Assembly: GCA_030640565.1 (NCBI GenBank)
Contig: DAOWJD010000003.1
Coordinates: 1 to 38,671 of the forward strand
Source of the DNA: Nanobdellota archaeon
GTDB taxonomy: Archaea; Nanobdellota; Nanobdellia; Pacearchaeales; GW2011-AR1
DNA: 38,671 bases
Direction of reading: 5' to 3'
The notes under the pieces were generated by a model. It was not told where the DNA came from. It ran no database searches and worked only from the letters and a program-made list of their open reading frames with translations. Position 1 is the stretch's first letter, and each line of letters begins with the position of its first letter. This document shows, piece after piece, positions 27,204-36,223 of this stretch. Made by a program: the position numbers and the translations under genes.

Positions 27204-29744
27204 CTAAGAAGCAAAAACAGACTTAATTTTTCCACCTATAAATGAAATTACCTCTCTTATGATATTTGATATGGATTTCATAATATTGTTCTTGTCAGCG
27301 TTTGATTGAAGATATATTGTTCCGTCATAAGGTAAGTCTACATTAACACCATTAAAAGAGCCAGTATTATCAAAATCAATCACATTATCGTCATTTGAAT
27401 TCTGTTGTTCTCCTGTAAAATCATTCTCTTCGTCATCTTCTTCAGGTCCAAAATAATATTCATTAGGAGTTCCAGTTATCTGGCTTTCTCCATAAAACCC
27501 AAGTCCAAGAATATTTTCTAGATAATCTACACTAGGATATTTTGCAAGAGGAAATGTCATGAATGTTTCTTCATAAATAAGTTTTCCTGTTTTTTTGTCT
27601 GCAGGACCTGTTATAGATAAAGGTGTTCCTGCTATCATAATACTTTGATTAGAAGGCATAGATACAGATACAGGAAGATCCCCTCCAATAAATATGTGCC
27701 CAAATTCATGAGAGATAGTTCTATTATTAATATAGGTTCCTCCAAACTTAGGACGTAAGTATACTGTTCCACCATAACCAATTATACCTCCTGCTTTCCT
27801 AGGTTCTGCAAGTCCGTTATAGTACATATTCAAATAAGGAACAACAATTATCCATCCAGGGTCTGCAACTACTCTTACTTTTGGATCAACATGATATTCA
27901 TAGAAATCAAAATGTCCATCACTCCCATTTACAATAAATACTTGCTCTTCATTTATACTATAATTTCCAATAATTCCACTAATATCATTTAAGTCAAGTA
28001 TTTTGTTTTTTATAGTATTCTGATGCTCTTCTGTGAATGTTCCATTTTCTGCTCCAAAAGGATTTTCACTAAGAATCTCAATTCCTATAAGACCGGTATA
28101 ATTTTCAAAATCAGGAAATTCTGAAAGATATTCTCCGTCAAAATCAAATCTTGTGTTTGGTCTGTCCCCTGTTAGTTCTGTCATAAACTGTCTGAATAAT
28201 ACAGGATCATCTTCATAAGGAGCATAAGGCACAGCTCGAACCAAGACACCTGAATGATCATCACCAGCGAGTTCAATTGTTCTTACATAACCTTCATAGT
28301 TTTCATCTGTTCCAATTCTCGCCTGCAGAATAATTTCCTCTAAGTCTGATGCTCTTTCATTTATTTGAAAACTAAATATTCCATTAGAAGTTGTCTCAAT
28401 TTTTCCTGAACCGATATTGATAGAGGTACCTTCATATATTTGGTTGATTTCTAAAGGAAGATAATCACTTGAATAAACCCTTATTACTCCTTGTATTTCA
28501 GTATCATCTTCATTGTTTTCTAAAACACCCGACATATCAACAAGATTATAAATAAATCCTTCAAGCATGGCGGTTCCTTGTTCTCCTTCAAAATCTCCAA
28601 ATTCAAGTTCTACTTCATAATCTCCTGTTTCATCTCTGTTTCCTTCAAGTGTCAAAAGACCGCCAGAATTAACAGAGGCATTTATTTTGCTAGAACTTGC
28701 AGAAAGATAAGCCACAGGATTGTCTTCAGGATTTATATCTGTAGGAACAGGAAGTGTTATTACCTTTAAACTTTCTTCATTAAAGTTCTCATTAGGAATA
28801 GAACCAACCACAGGAGCATAATCTGGAATATCAATATAATCTGTCTCATTTAAATCATATCCAACAGCTTCAAGTATAAAGCGATAATCTCCTTTTGTCG
28901 CTCCATGAATCTCATAGCTAAAAGTTTCAGTATATGAAGGAATAGTGATATCTCTTGTTATAATTAGCTCATAGTTGTCTGAACCAAACTCTTTATAATA
29001 AACTTCTAATACTGCGCTGTCTAATTCTGAGAGAGTTGCATAATACTCAACATTAACATAATCACTAAGATTAACTGTTTGCAAAAGAGAAGGATTTGGA
29101 ATCCATATTACTGTAAGAGTATATGGTTGGGTGTCTGTATCTATTTCATCTGAAACAACAACTTCAACATCAAAATCAGTATCTTCATCAACTTCAGGGG
29201 CTGTTCCTGTGATTAAACCAGAACCAGAATTTATTGAAAGCCATCCAGGAGCATCTGAAAGAGAGTAGGTTAGCGCGTGATTATCCTGGTCTGTAGCTTC
29301 AACCTGATAATTATAAGATTCACCTTCATCAACTTCTGTAACTGGATCAGAATTTATTACAGGAGGATAATTAATAACATCCAGATAAAGGATAGTACTC
29401 ATATCTCCAAAGCCATCAGATCCAAGAATTCTTACCTGAAAATCATCTGGCATAGAATAAATACCCTGATTAACAGTATATATCTGGGCAAAACTATTTT
29501 GATTAACTACTCTGTCTTCAAAAGTATGAATTAAATCATTACCAGAATCATACAACTTTATGCTTATTGTCATTGGAGGAGATATTGTTCCGAAAAAAGC
29601 ACTGAAATCCACTGAATCTCCGTCCTCTATTTCAATTGATTGTGCATGATTGTCATTCCATTCTCCGTAAACAACAACAGCGCTTACAGTATTAACTAGA
29701 AAAATTAAAAATACAGCCAAAAACAAAATTTTTATTGCTTTCAT
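27204..29744 (-). CDS. Secreted acidic protein with putative Ig/cadherin-like domain(s) and a C-terminal HExxH metallopeptidase-like domain
   Basis: Signal peptide ending VSA; NYPPVINSDP..ATDQD..LTYSL..APGWLSIN..GLITGT (He_PIG-like); HEFGH followed by SIM (Met-turn-like). Confidence 0.72.
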   Translation of the reverse strand: MKAIKILFLAVFLIFLVNTVSAVVVYGEWNDNHAQSIEIEDGDSVDFSAFFGTISPPMTISIKLYDSGNDLIHTFEDRVVNQNSFAQIYTVNQGIYSMPDDFQVRILGSDGFGDMSTILYLDVINYPPVINSDPVTEVDEGESYNYQVEATDQDNHALTYSLSDAPGWLSINSGSGLITGTAPEVDEDTDFDVEVVVSDEIDTDTQPYTLTVIWIPNPSLLQTVNLSDYVNVEYYATLSELDSAVLEVYYKEFGSDNYELIITRDITIPSYTETFSYEIHGATKGDYRFILEAVGYDLNETDYIDIPDYAPVVGSIPNENFNEESLKVITLPVPTDINPEDNPVAYLSASSSKINASVNSGGLLTLEGNRDETGDYEVELEFGDFEGEQGTAMLEGFIYNLVDMSGVLENNEDDTEIQGVIRVYSSDYLPLEINQIYEGTSINIGSGKIETTSNGIFSFQINERASDLEEIILQARIGTDENYEGYVRTIELAGDDHSGVLVRAVPYAPYEDDPVLFRQFMTELTGDRPNTRFDFDGEYLSEFPDFENYTGLIGIEILSENPFGAENGTFTEEHQNTIKNKILDLNDISGIIGNYSINEEQVFIVNGSDGHFDFYEYHVDPKVRVVADPGWIIVVPYLNMYYNGLAEPRKAGGIIGYGGTVYLRPKFGGTYINNRTISHEFGHIFIGGDLPVSVSMPSNQSIMIAGTPLSITGPADKKTGKLIYEETFMTFPLAKYPSVDYLENILGLGFYGESQITGTPNEYYFGPEEDDEENDFTGEQQNSNDDNVIDFDNTGSFNGVNVDLPYDGTIYLQSNADKNNIMKSISNIIREVISFIGGKIKSVFAS

Positions 29745-30415
29745 TATCTGTTCCCCCTTCTAGAAAAAGATAAAATTGCTCTTAGATTGACATACATCCC
29801 TCTTTTTAATCCATTTTTTTTAGAACTTATTTCATAACCAAGATTTGGATTTAATTCTAACCCTTTAATTATTTCGAAACTAGGACCGGCATAGACATTC
29901 CAGACAAATTTTTTTTCTAAAACAGAGCTAGTATTTGAGGCAAGTAAAGACTCTTCACTACCTGTTCTCCTTACTAAATTTTCTTCTATCTTTCTGGTGT
30001 GGCCCTCTAGATATCCGCCAATTCCAGTAACCCAAGATATTCCTTTTGCAAGAGGCTGATGATATTCAAAAGATGCTCCAATAGATGGTGAGAAATCCTT
30101 AAGGTCTTCTCTACCTTGGAAATAAACATTTCCAAACATTTCTTCTTCAGTATTCTGTAAATTTATGTTAGGGTATGAACTTATAGGAATGTTTCCTACC
30201 AAAGCAAATCTATTGTATTTTACACCAAATTCTATTCCAAATGATTTATTGATCTCAATTCCTCTTCTTGCTCCTAATATAATTGATAATGGAGCTTTTT
30301 CTTTTTTAGAAGAATCAGACGCATAAACTGCTTGTGAAGGTGATAAGCATGTAGCTAATGCAGCACCTGCCACTATTTTTTTAAAATTAACTTTTTTACT
30401 ATGCCTTTTCGCCAT
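29744..30415 (-). CDS. Secreted protein resembling a small outer-membrane beta-barrel (OmpA/OmpW-like strand pattern)
   Basis: Signal peptide (VYA|S); amphipathic strands FGIEFGVKY, IGASFEY, WVTGIGGY, WNVYAGPSFEI, LELNPNLGY, GMYVNLRAILSF; stop overlaps the ATG of the Ig-protease gene. Confidence 0.5.
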   Translation of the reverse strand: MAKRHSKKVNFKKIVAGAALATCLSPSQAVYASDSSKKEKAPLSIILGARRGIEINKSFGIEFGVKYNRFALVGNIPISSYPNINLQNTEEEMFGNVYFQGREDLKDFSPSIGASFEYHQPLAKGISWVTGIGGYLEGHTRKIEENLVRRTGSEESLLASNTSSVLEKKFVWNVYAGPSFEIIKGLELNPNLGYEISSKKNGLKRGMYVNLRAILSFSRRGNR

Positions 30416-30435
30416 AAAAGTGTTACTACTTTGCG

Positions 30436-30453
30436 GTTTATATAGTTTACTAT
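30436..30453 (-). promoter_or_regulatory. ATAGTAA-N2-TATATAAA promoter (leaderless)
   Basis: Minus strand ATAGTAAACTATATAAAC; TATA box 21 nt before ATG 30415. Confidence 0.6.
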
Positions 30454-30476
30454 TAGAACACCATCTTTAGTTCTAA
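30453..30476. terminator. Hairpin TTAGAAC-N10-GTTCTAA, possible terminator or operator
   Basis: 7-bp inverted repeat downstream of the 30502-30855 gene, abutting the next promoter. Confidence 0.3.
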
Positions 30477-30501
30477 ATTAATTAATACAATATAAGTGAA
30501 T

Positions 30502-30855
30502 CTAGGGGGTGTCACGATTGCCATAACTAATATTCTTATTTGACACAGTATCGATTAGGTCTCTCACATCATTTCTTTTGTCAAGCGTATGGTCATATAT
30601 TACTTGCAATCTTTCTTGTTCTTCCTTTGAGCTCTTATAATAATACATAAAATCTTTAAGGTTATTCATGCGATGATCACAGTTTTCTACAGTTATACTT
30701 CCTACTGTTCTCAATTTTTGTACCATTTTTTGTCTCATTTCTTGATTTCCGTTTTTATAGCCTGTTTCATACAAGGTTTTACCACCAAAATAACTTCCAG
30801 TAGTAATTAGACTAATTCCTACAAGTCCGAGTGCAATTTTTTGTTTCAATTTCAT
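30502..30855 (-). CDS. Hypothetical protein with an N-terminal signal/anchor
   Basis: GGAGG SD; hydrophobic N-terminus followed by a helical region. Confidence 0.65.
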   Translation of the reverse strand: MKLKQKIALGLVGISLITTGSYFGGKTLYETGYKNGNQEMRQKMVQKLRTVGSITVENCDHRMNNLKDFMYYYKSSKEEQERLQVIYDHTLDKRNDVRDLIDTVSNKNISYGNRDTP

Positions 30856-30979
30856 TTTAATACCTCCATCATAATTTAATTGTTACTATTTAGTAGTATA
30901 TTGTAATATTTAAATCTTCCGATTCAAATTTTTATTAAAAACAAAAGATTTATATATAATGGTTGCAATAGATAAAATT

Positions 30980-31948
30980 ATGAGACTAGACATCCTTGAC
31001 AAGAAAATATTATATGAACTTGAATTAGATTCATCACAATCTTGTGTTTCAATAGCTAAAAAACTAAAACGATCAAAAGAGTTAATCAATTTTAGAATAC
31101 ATCGTTTAGAGAAAGATAAGATTCTTCTTGGATGCAGTGCAATAGTGGATATGTCAAAACTAGGCTATTCCACATTCCGAATTTATCTTCGTTGGCAGAA
31201 TATGACTAACGAACAAAAGAAACAATCTTATGATGAAATAAAAGTAAAAGAAAATATTTGGGCTACAACAGTTCTTCATGGTAAATGGGATTTTGCATTT
31301 TTTATAGGTGTAAAATCAGATTATTATATCGAATCTTTTCAGAAGATATGGAATGAAATATTATCTAAATATAAAAATAAAATTGCAGAGAGTAAAATTG
31401 CGATATATTCACCAGTGCATAATTTCAATAAACGATTTTTTATTGATTTTAGCATGCCAGTAAAAATTATCGAACGTATTTACGGAAATAGTTCACCAAT
31501 AGATTTTGATGAAATGGATGAAAAAATTATAAATGTTTATGCAAGTAATGTAAGAACTCCATTAACAAAAATCTCAGAAAAACTTAAAATCACCTCTGAA
31601 GCAGTTAGAAAAAGAATAAAAAAGCTTGAGAATAAAAAAATTATTGTTGGCTACAAAATCAATTTAAATCTTCCAAAAATAGGTTATCAAGGATATAGGG
31701 TTGATTTTTTGTTAAATTCTATATCAAGAAATAAAGAGATTTTTCAATATATTCAAAAACACAAATATTTTTATCAAATAAACCGTTCAATTGGTGGAGC
31801 TGATTTCGAAACAGAAATAGTTGTTAAAAATTTAAACCATCTATTAGAAATTCTTGAAGAAGTAGTAAAAAAATTTAGCGATGTTATTAAAGCGTATGAA
31901 TACTTTGGTTATTCAGAATTCCCAACTCTTTCAATCGTACCCGATTAA
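30980..31948 (+). CDS. Tandem two-unit Lrp/AsnC-family transcriptional regulator
   Basis: Two HTH-plus-effector units (LDILDKKILYEL...FRIHRLEKD; FDEMDEKII...KRIKKLENKKII); ATG 30980 fits the TATA position better than 30959. Confidence 0.88.
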   Translation: MRLDILDKKILYELELDSSQSCVSIAKKLKRSKELINFRIHRLEKDKILLGCSAIVDMSKLGYSTFRIYLRWQNMTNEQKKQSYDEIKVKENIWATTVLHGKWDFAFFIGVKSDYYIESFQKIWNEILSKYKNKIAESKIAIYSPVHNFNKRFFIDFSMPVKIIERIYGNSSPIDFDEMDEKIINVYASNVRTPLTKISEKLKITSEAVRKRIKKLENKKIIVGYKINLNLPKIGYQGYRVDFLLNSISRNKEIFQYIQKHKYFYQINRSIGGADFETEIVVKNLNHLLEILEEVVKKFSDVIKAYEYFGYSEFPTLSIVPD

Positions 31949-31991
31949 TTTAAAAAAGTAAACATAAAAATTATTTATGATTTTTAAAAAC

Positions 31992-33404
31992 TTACCCAAT
32001 CATAACTGCAATAGGTTTTAATTTAGCTACTTTTTTGCTTAAATTGGCTTTTTCAGTAACTTTTATTACTTCTTCTACATCTTTGTATGACAATTCAGAT
32101 TCTTCCATTGTCCCTTTAAAACTTCCTTCAAGAATTATATTCTTTTTTGCAAGAATATCTTTTACCTGTTTTTGGTTTAAGGTTTTGTGGGTCCAACTTC
32201 TGCTGTGAGCTCTGCCAGCCCCATGAGCACTTGATGAAAATGAAATCGTTTCAGCTTCTTTTTTCCCTACTAAAACAAAAGAATTAGTACTCATACTTCC
32301 AGGGATTAGAACAGGCTGCCCAACTTTTCTATACACTTCAGATAGTTCTTTTCTGCCAGGTCCAAAACTCCGTGTTGCTCCTTTCCGCACCACTAACACA
32401 TTCTTTTTTTTATTGTCTATCATATGCTCTTCAATTTTTGCAATATTATGACAAACATCATACACTAAACTAGATTTTTTATCTGGAAAATCTTCTTTTA
32501 ATATTTTTCTTATCTCATGCATAATCATTTGTCTATTACAAAATGCGAAATTCGCAGAACACCTCATCGCTGAAAGATATTTTTGACCAATATTGCTATT
32601 TATTGGTGCATAAACAAGTTCTCTATCAGGCAAGTCTTTAGTGCCATATTTATCTTCTGTTAATTTAAGATAATCAGAAGCTACTTGATGCCCTAATCCA
32701 CGAGAACCACAATGAATCATTATTCCTATTTTTCCCTTTTCTAAGCCAAAAACTTTTGCAGTATCTTTATCATAAATTTCATCAATAACCATAATATCAA
32801 TAAAATGATTTCCAGCTCCCAAGGTTCCTAGTTGAGGTAAGCCTCTAGCTATAGCTCTTTCTGAAACATCCTCTGGGTTTGCTCCACTCATTCTTCCATT
32901 TTCCTCTATCCTTTCCAAATCTTCTTTAGTACCATAACCATTATCAATAGCCCATTTTGCACCGTCAACTAAAACTTTTTTTATTGTTTCTTTAGAATAT
33001 CTTTTTCCTCCTCTACCAACCCCTGATGGAATGGTTCTTTTTAGATTATGAAGTATTTTTTCTCTTTTTGGCATAAATTCTTCTTTAGAAATATTTGTTG
33101 TTAATAATCCAACCCCACAATTAATATCATAGCCAATTTCTCCTGGTGAAATTACGCCTTTTTCTAAGTCATATGCAGCTACCCCACCAATACATGCTCC
33201 ATAGCCTTGGTGAGCGTCAGGAAGCACCACAATGTTCTTTAAAACTCCTGGTAAATATGCCATGTTTATTGCCTGTTTAATAGTGTCATCCCGTTTTATT
33301 CCTTCAAGTATTTTTTTAGATGCAATTATCAAAATAGGTACTTGCATTTTTTTCTGTTTTTCTATTTTCCAAAGATTTTCTTCTATTTTTTTGATTTCAA
33401 CCAT
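31992..33404 (-). CDS. rtcB: RNA-splicing ligase RtcB (intein-free)
   Basis: PDAHQGYG, GYDINCG, GTLGAGNHF, HCGSRGLGH, HNIAK, RKGAT, PGSM, HGAGR. Confidence 0.96.
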   Translation of the reverse strand: MVEIKKIEENLWKIEKQKKMQVPILIIASKKILEGIKRDDTIKQAINMAYLPGVLKNIVVLPDAHQGYGACIGGVAAYDLEKGVISPGEIGYDINCGVGLLTTNISKEEFMPKREKILHNLKRTIPSGVGRGGKRYSKETIKKVLVDGAKWAIDNGYGTKEDLERIEENGRMSGANPEDVSERAIARGLPQLGTLGAGNHFIDIMVIDEIYDKDTAKVFGLEKGKIGIMIHCGSRGLGHQVASDYLKLTEDKYGTKDLPDRELVYAPINSNIGQKYLSAMRCSANFAFCNRQMIMHEIRKILKEDFPDKKSSLVYDVCHNIAKIEEHMIDNKKKNVLVVRKGATRSFGPGRKELSEVYRKVGQPVLIPGSMSTNSFVLVGKKEAETISFSSSAHGAGRAHSRSWTHKTLNQKQVKDILAKKNIILEGSFKGTMEESELSYKDVEEVIKVTEKANLSKKVAKLKPIAVMIG

Positions 33405-34285
33405 TTTTCTACCTGAGTATTATCCAATAATTTATTCTTTATAGTTTTTTTTATTTCTTCATATTTATTTATACAAAGTTCAAAATAAATAGTTCCAACA
33501 CCATTTTTTCTTTTACCTGTCCTAGATTCAATATTATAAATTTTTTTTAAATATGATTTAAGTTGTAAAATATTTTTTTCTTTATTTGAGCACAATCTAA
33601 TCGTTTTATTCCCCCCACTTATTCTTGCTTTCTTTAACATAATCTCTTTAATGAATTCTTTAAGTTCACTTTTCTTATTTGAAAACTTCCAATAATAATT
33701 TACATAATCATTAACTGCTTCTTTTAATTTTTCTTTTTTACTTGGGTGCAAAAATCCAATCTTTTCTCCAAATTTTATTAAATTCTTTTTTCCATAAATC
33801 CTTAATGAAAAAATATCCCTATCAGTCCTTTTTTTAATTTTTGAAGATATTCCAAGATTTTTTAATATTTTCCCAATTTTTTCTAAACCTTTTTTATTAA
33901 CACTCTCTAATCCAATATGCCTATTTTGATGACTTTTACACGTAACCCATCCTTCACAATCAAAAAATGTTCTTAACCATTTTTTATAAAATTCCCTCTT
34001 TAATAAAGGCACCATCCATTCCCGAGAATAAAATGAACCAAACTTAGAAATAAATTTTTCATATAATTCTTTTTTTTGAACAACACATCTTTCCCCTTCA
34101 TATAATCTTGGTTGGATACCAAAATATTTTTTAAATCTTTCCTGAAAATCTTTTAATAAAATAATATTTGTATTTCTAAGTCCAATACAATAATATTTGT
34201 GTTTTTGAGTTTCTGGATTTTTTATTACATAACCATCAGCACACAAATAAGCATGAATAACAGCTAAGTTTTCATCAAATTTCAT
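33383..34285 (-). CDS. Free-standing LAGLIDADG (DOD-type) endonuclease-like protein
   Basis: Motifs HAYLCADG and LRTFFDCEG, IGFLHPSKKEKL; extra C-terminal LAGLIDADG-like subdomain; no intein splice residues. Confidence 0.82.
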   Translation of the reverse strand: MKFDENLAVIHAYLCADGYVIKNPETQKHKYYCIGLRNTNIILLKDFQERFKKYFGIQPRLYEGERCVVQKKELYEKFISKFGSFYSREWMVPLLKREFYKKWLRTFFDCEGWVTCKSHQNRHIGLESVNKKGLEKIGKILKNLGISSKIKKRTDRDIFSLRIYGKKNLIKFGEKIGFLHPSKKEKLKEAVNDYVNYYWKFSNKKSELKEFIKEIMLKKARISGGNKTIRLCSNKEKNILQLKSYLKKIYNIESRTGKRKNGVGTIYFELCINKYEEIKKTIKNKLLDNTQVEKWLKSKK

Positions 34286-34345
34286 ACATAAGTAAAGAAT
34301 CTAAAGTTTAAATACCTTATGTTTATCTGGAACTTTTCTTTTTAA

Positions 34346-34762
34346 TCAAACATCCACCACCACTTGACTAACCCACCTGCCTTTATCTTTTTTTACAAAC
34401 ATATTATGATAAGTTATTGCTTTTATATGAACATCTGCATTATAATTTTTTATATCATCTCCTACAACTTCTGCTTCTATCTCAAATTCTTTCTCATTTA
34501 ATTTTAAGTTCTTTATTCTGCCTGGCAAAAAATTCTTGCTATCAAACAAAACTAAAAACTCTTCTAAAAAATTATATAATAAACTTTCAAAATCTTTTCC
34601 GTTTACCTTAACTTTATAATTTTTTTTCTCTTTAATCTTTTTATTATATAGTATATTAAACAAAGCAAGAGCAGAATTTTCAAAAACCTCGTCGGTGTTT
34701 TTACCAAAAGCTCTGAACTTTATATCTGCAGTGTGTTCTAAAAATTCAAATTTCTTTTCCAT
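34346..34762 (-). CDS. Archease (RtcB cofactor)
   Basis: FLEHTADI, IKAITYH, terminal VVVDV; ATG 34762 overlaps the upstream stop (TAATG). Confidence 0.93.
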   Translation of the reverse strand: MEKKFEFLEHTADIKFRAFGKNTDEVFENSALALFNILYNKKIKEKKNYKVKVNGKDFESLLYNFLEEFLVLFDSKNFLPGRIKNLKLNEKEFEIEAEVVGDDIKNYNADVHIKAITYHNMFVKKDKGRWVSQVVVDV

Positions 34763-36222
34763 TATTTCTGAAATCCCTTTGCTTTTTTCAATAAAACAAT
34801 CCATTGATTAGTCTCATCAATTATTTCTAATCCTAATTTTTGCATAATTTCTTTGAAATCTTGTTTATTTATAATGACCTTTATATATTTGTTTCGTATA
34901 ATAAATTTTTTATCTTGATAAACATATATGTTTGTTAACTTATGATTTTCTATTACTTTTTTGTTAAATAATTTAAATTCTTTATTTTTTCCTTTATCCT
35001 GTTTCTTATTTATAAACAAGAAACCTTTTTCTAGAAGATTATTAGATATAGATTTTAATATTTTAAGAGAATCTTCAAAATCTGTCGCCCAAATTTCTAT
35101 CATACCATTCTTGAAACCAATAAAATTATGGGAATACATGGCCTTAGTTGATTTTATATTTAATTCCTTTATATTTTGTAGAACATATTTCACTTTAGAA
35201 ACATTCTTTGTTTTTCTTTTAGCTATATCTAGCATTTCTTTTGAAATATCTATACCTAAGACCCTATATCTTTTTCTTAATAAATATTTTGAAAAATTAG
35301 CAGTACCTACTCCTAGTTCTACAAGTTGTTCATGCTCTAAATTATATTTTTTAAGTAATTTAATTAAGTTTCTTGCGCTTTTTGGATAATTATAAAGTTT
35401 TTCTCCGATTCCACTATATACCCTTGCTATAATTTTATTAAAATAAACACCTTTGATTTTATTCTCTGCACATTTTCTCACTACTTCATCTAAAAAAGGA
35501 CAAGAAAATGTTAATTTCAATCTAGAGTGTTGGAATAACTGTAGTGGTTTTTTCTCTGCTCTTTTAAATTTTCTTATCAGTTCATTATTTATTTTAGAAG
35601 AGGCTAAGATTAAAAATCCTATATCAGTTTTATTTTTTATTTTCTTAGTTTTTAATTTAATCAATTCTTCTACATTAATACCAAGAGATTTATGCACCTT
35701 ACTTAAAAGATAAATTAAATAACCTTCTGATAAATAATATTTTGAGATACTTTCAACATTCTTTTTAAAGTATTTTTTTCTTTTTTTTAAAAATTTAATT
35801 ATTCTTTCTTTTTCTGTTTTTTTAATTTTATTTCTTATTAAATAATCAAGAATAACCAAATTTATCAACATATCTACAGAATTATTGGATTTTGATTTCA
35901 ATCCACCAAGATATGTATAAACACCACCTTCTTTACTAAAATCAAGTTTTAATTCTTTTTTAATTGGTTTTTCGATTAAATCAAAAATATTCCTTTCTAT
36001 GATTGTAGTATCGTAATCAAAAGGATAGCCTTTGTTCCATCTTATATAATTATTTTTCTCAAAACTTTTTTGTAGTTTTGTTTTAATTTTTCCAAAATTC
36101 TCTCTTTTTAACGGTAATCCTTCCTCTAAAGCTATCTCTAATGCTAAAGAGGGTATAAAATGATGAAATATCTCTTTTTTACCTTTTGGAGATTGAATTA
36201 TTGTATTTAGTTTTCCCCCCAT
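34762..36222 (-). CDS. Fusion of a class II terpene-cyclase-beta-like N-domain (DxDTT) with a class I SAM methyltransferase
   Basis: The C-half MTase motifs LVELGVGTA and GIDISKEML are clear. The N-half YPFDYDTT, GGVYTY, D...N..IL, SKYYLS..YLLS pattern is tentative. Confidence 0.6.
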   Translation of the reverse strand: MGGKLNTIIQSPKGKKEIFHHFIPSLALEIALEEGLPLKRENFGKIKTKLQKSFEKNNYIRWNKGYPFDYDTTIIERNIFDLIEKPIKKELKLDFSKEGGVYTYLGGLKSKSNNSVDMLINLVILDYLIRNKIKKTEKERIIKFLKKRKKYFKKNVESISKYYLSEGYLIYLLSKVHKSLGINVEELIKLKTKKIKNKTDIGFLILASSKINNELIRKFKRAEKKPLQLFQHSRLKLTFSCPFLDEVVRKCAENKIKGVYFNKIIARVYSGIGEKLYNYPKSARNLIKLLKKYNLEHEQLVELGVGTANFSKYLLRKRYRVLGIDISKEMLDIAKRKTKNVSKVKYVLQNIKELNIKSTKAMYSHNFIGFKNGMIEIWATDFEDSLKILKSISNNLLEKGFLFINKKQDKGKNKEFKLFNKKVIENHKLTNIYVYQDKKFIIRNKYIKVIINKQDFKEIMQKLGLEIIDETNQWIVLLKKAKGFQK

Positions 36223-36223
36223 C

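Noticed and set aside
33383..34285. Intein or split intein belonging to rtcB
   Set aside because: No N-terminal Cys/Ser block or C-terminal His-Asn; RtcB is complete and in a different frame.
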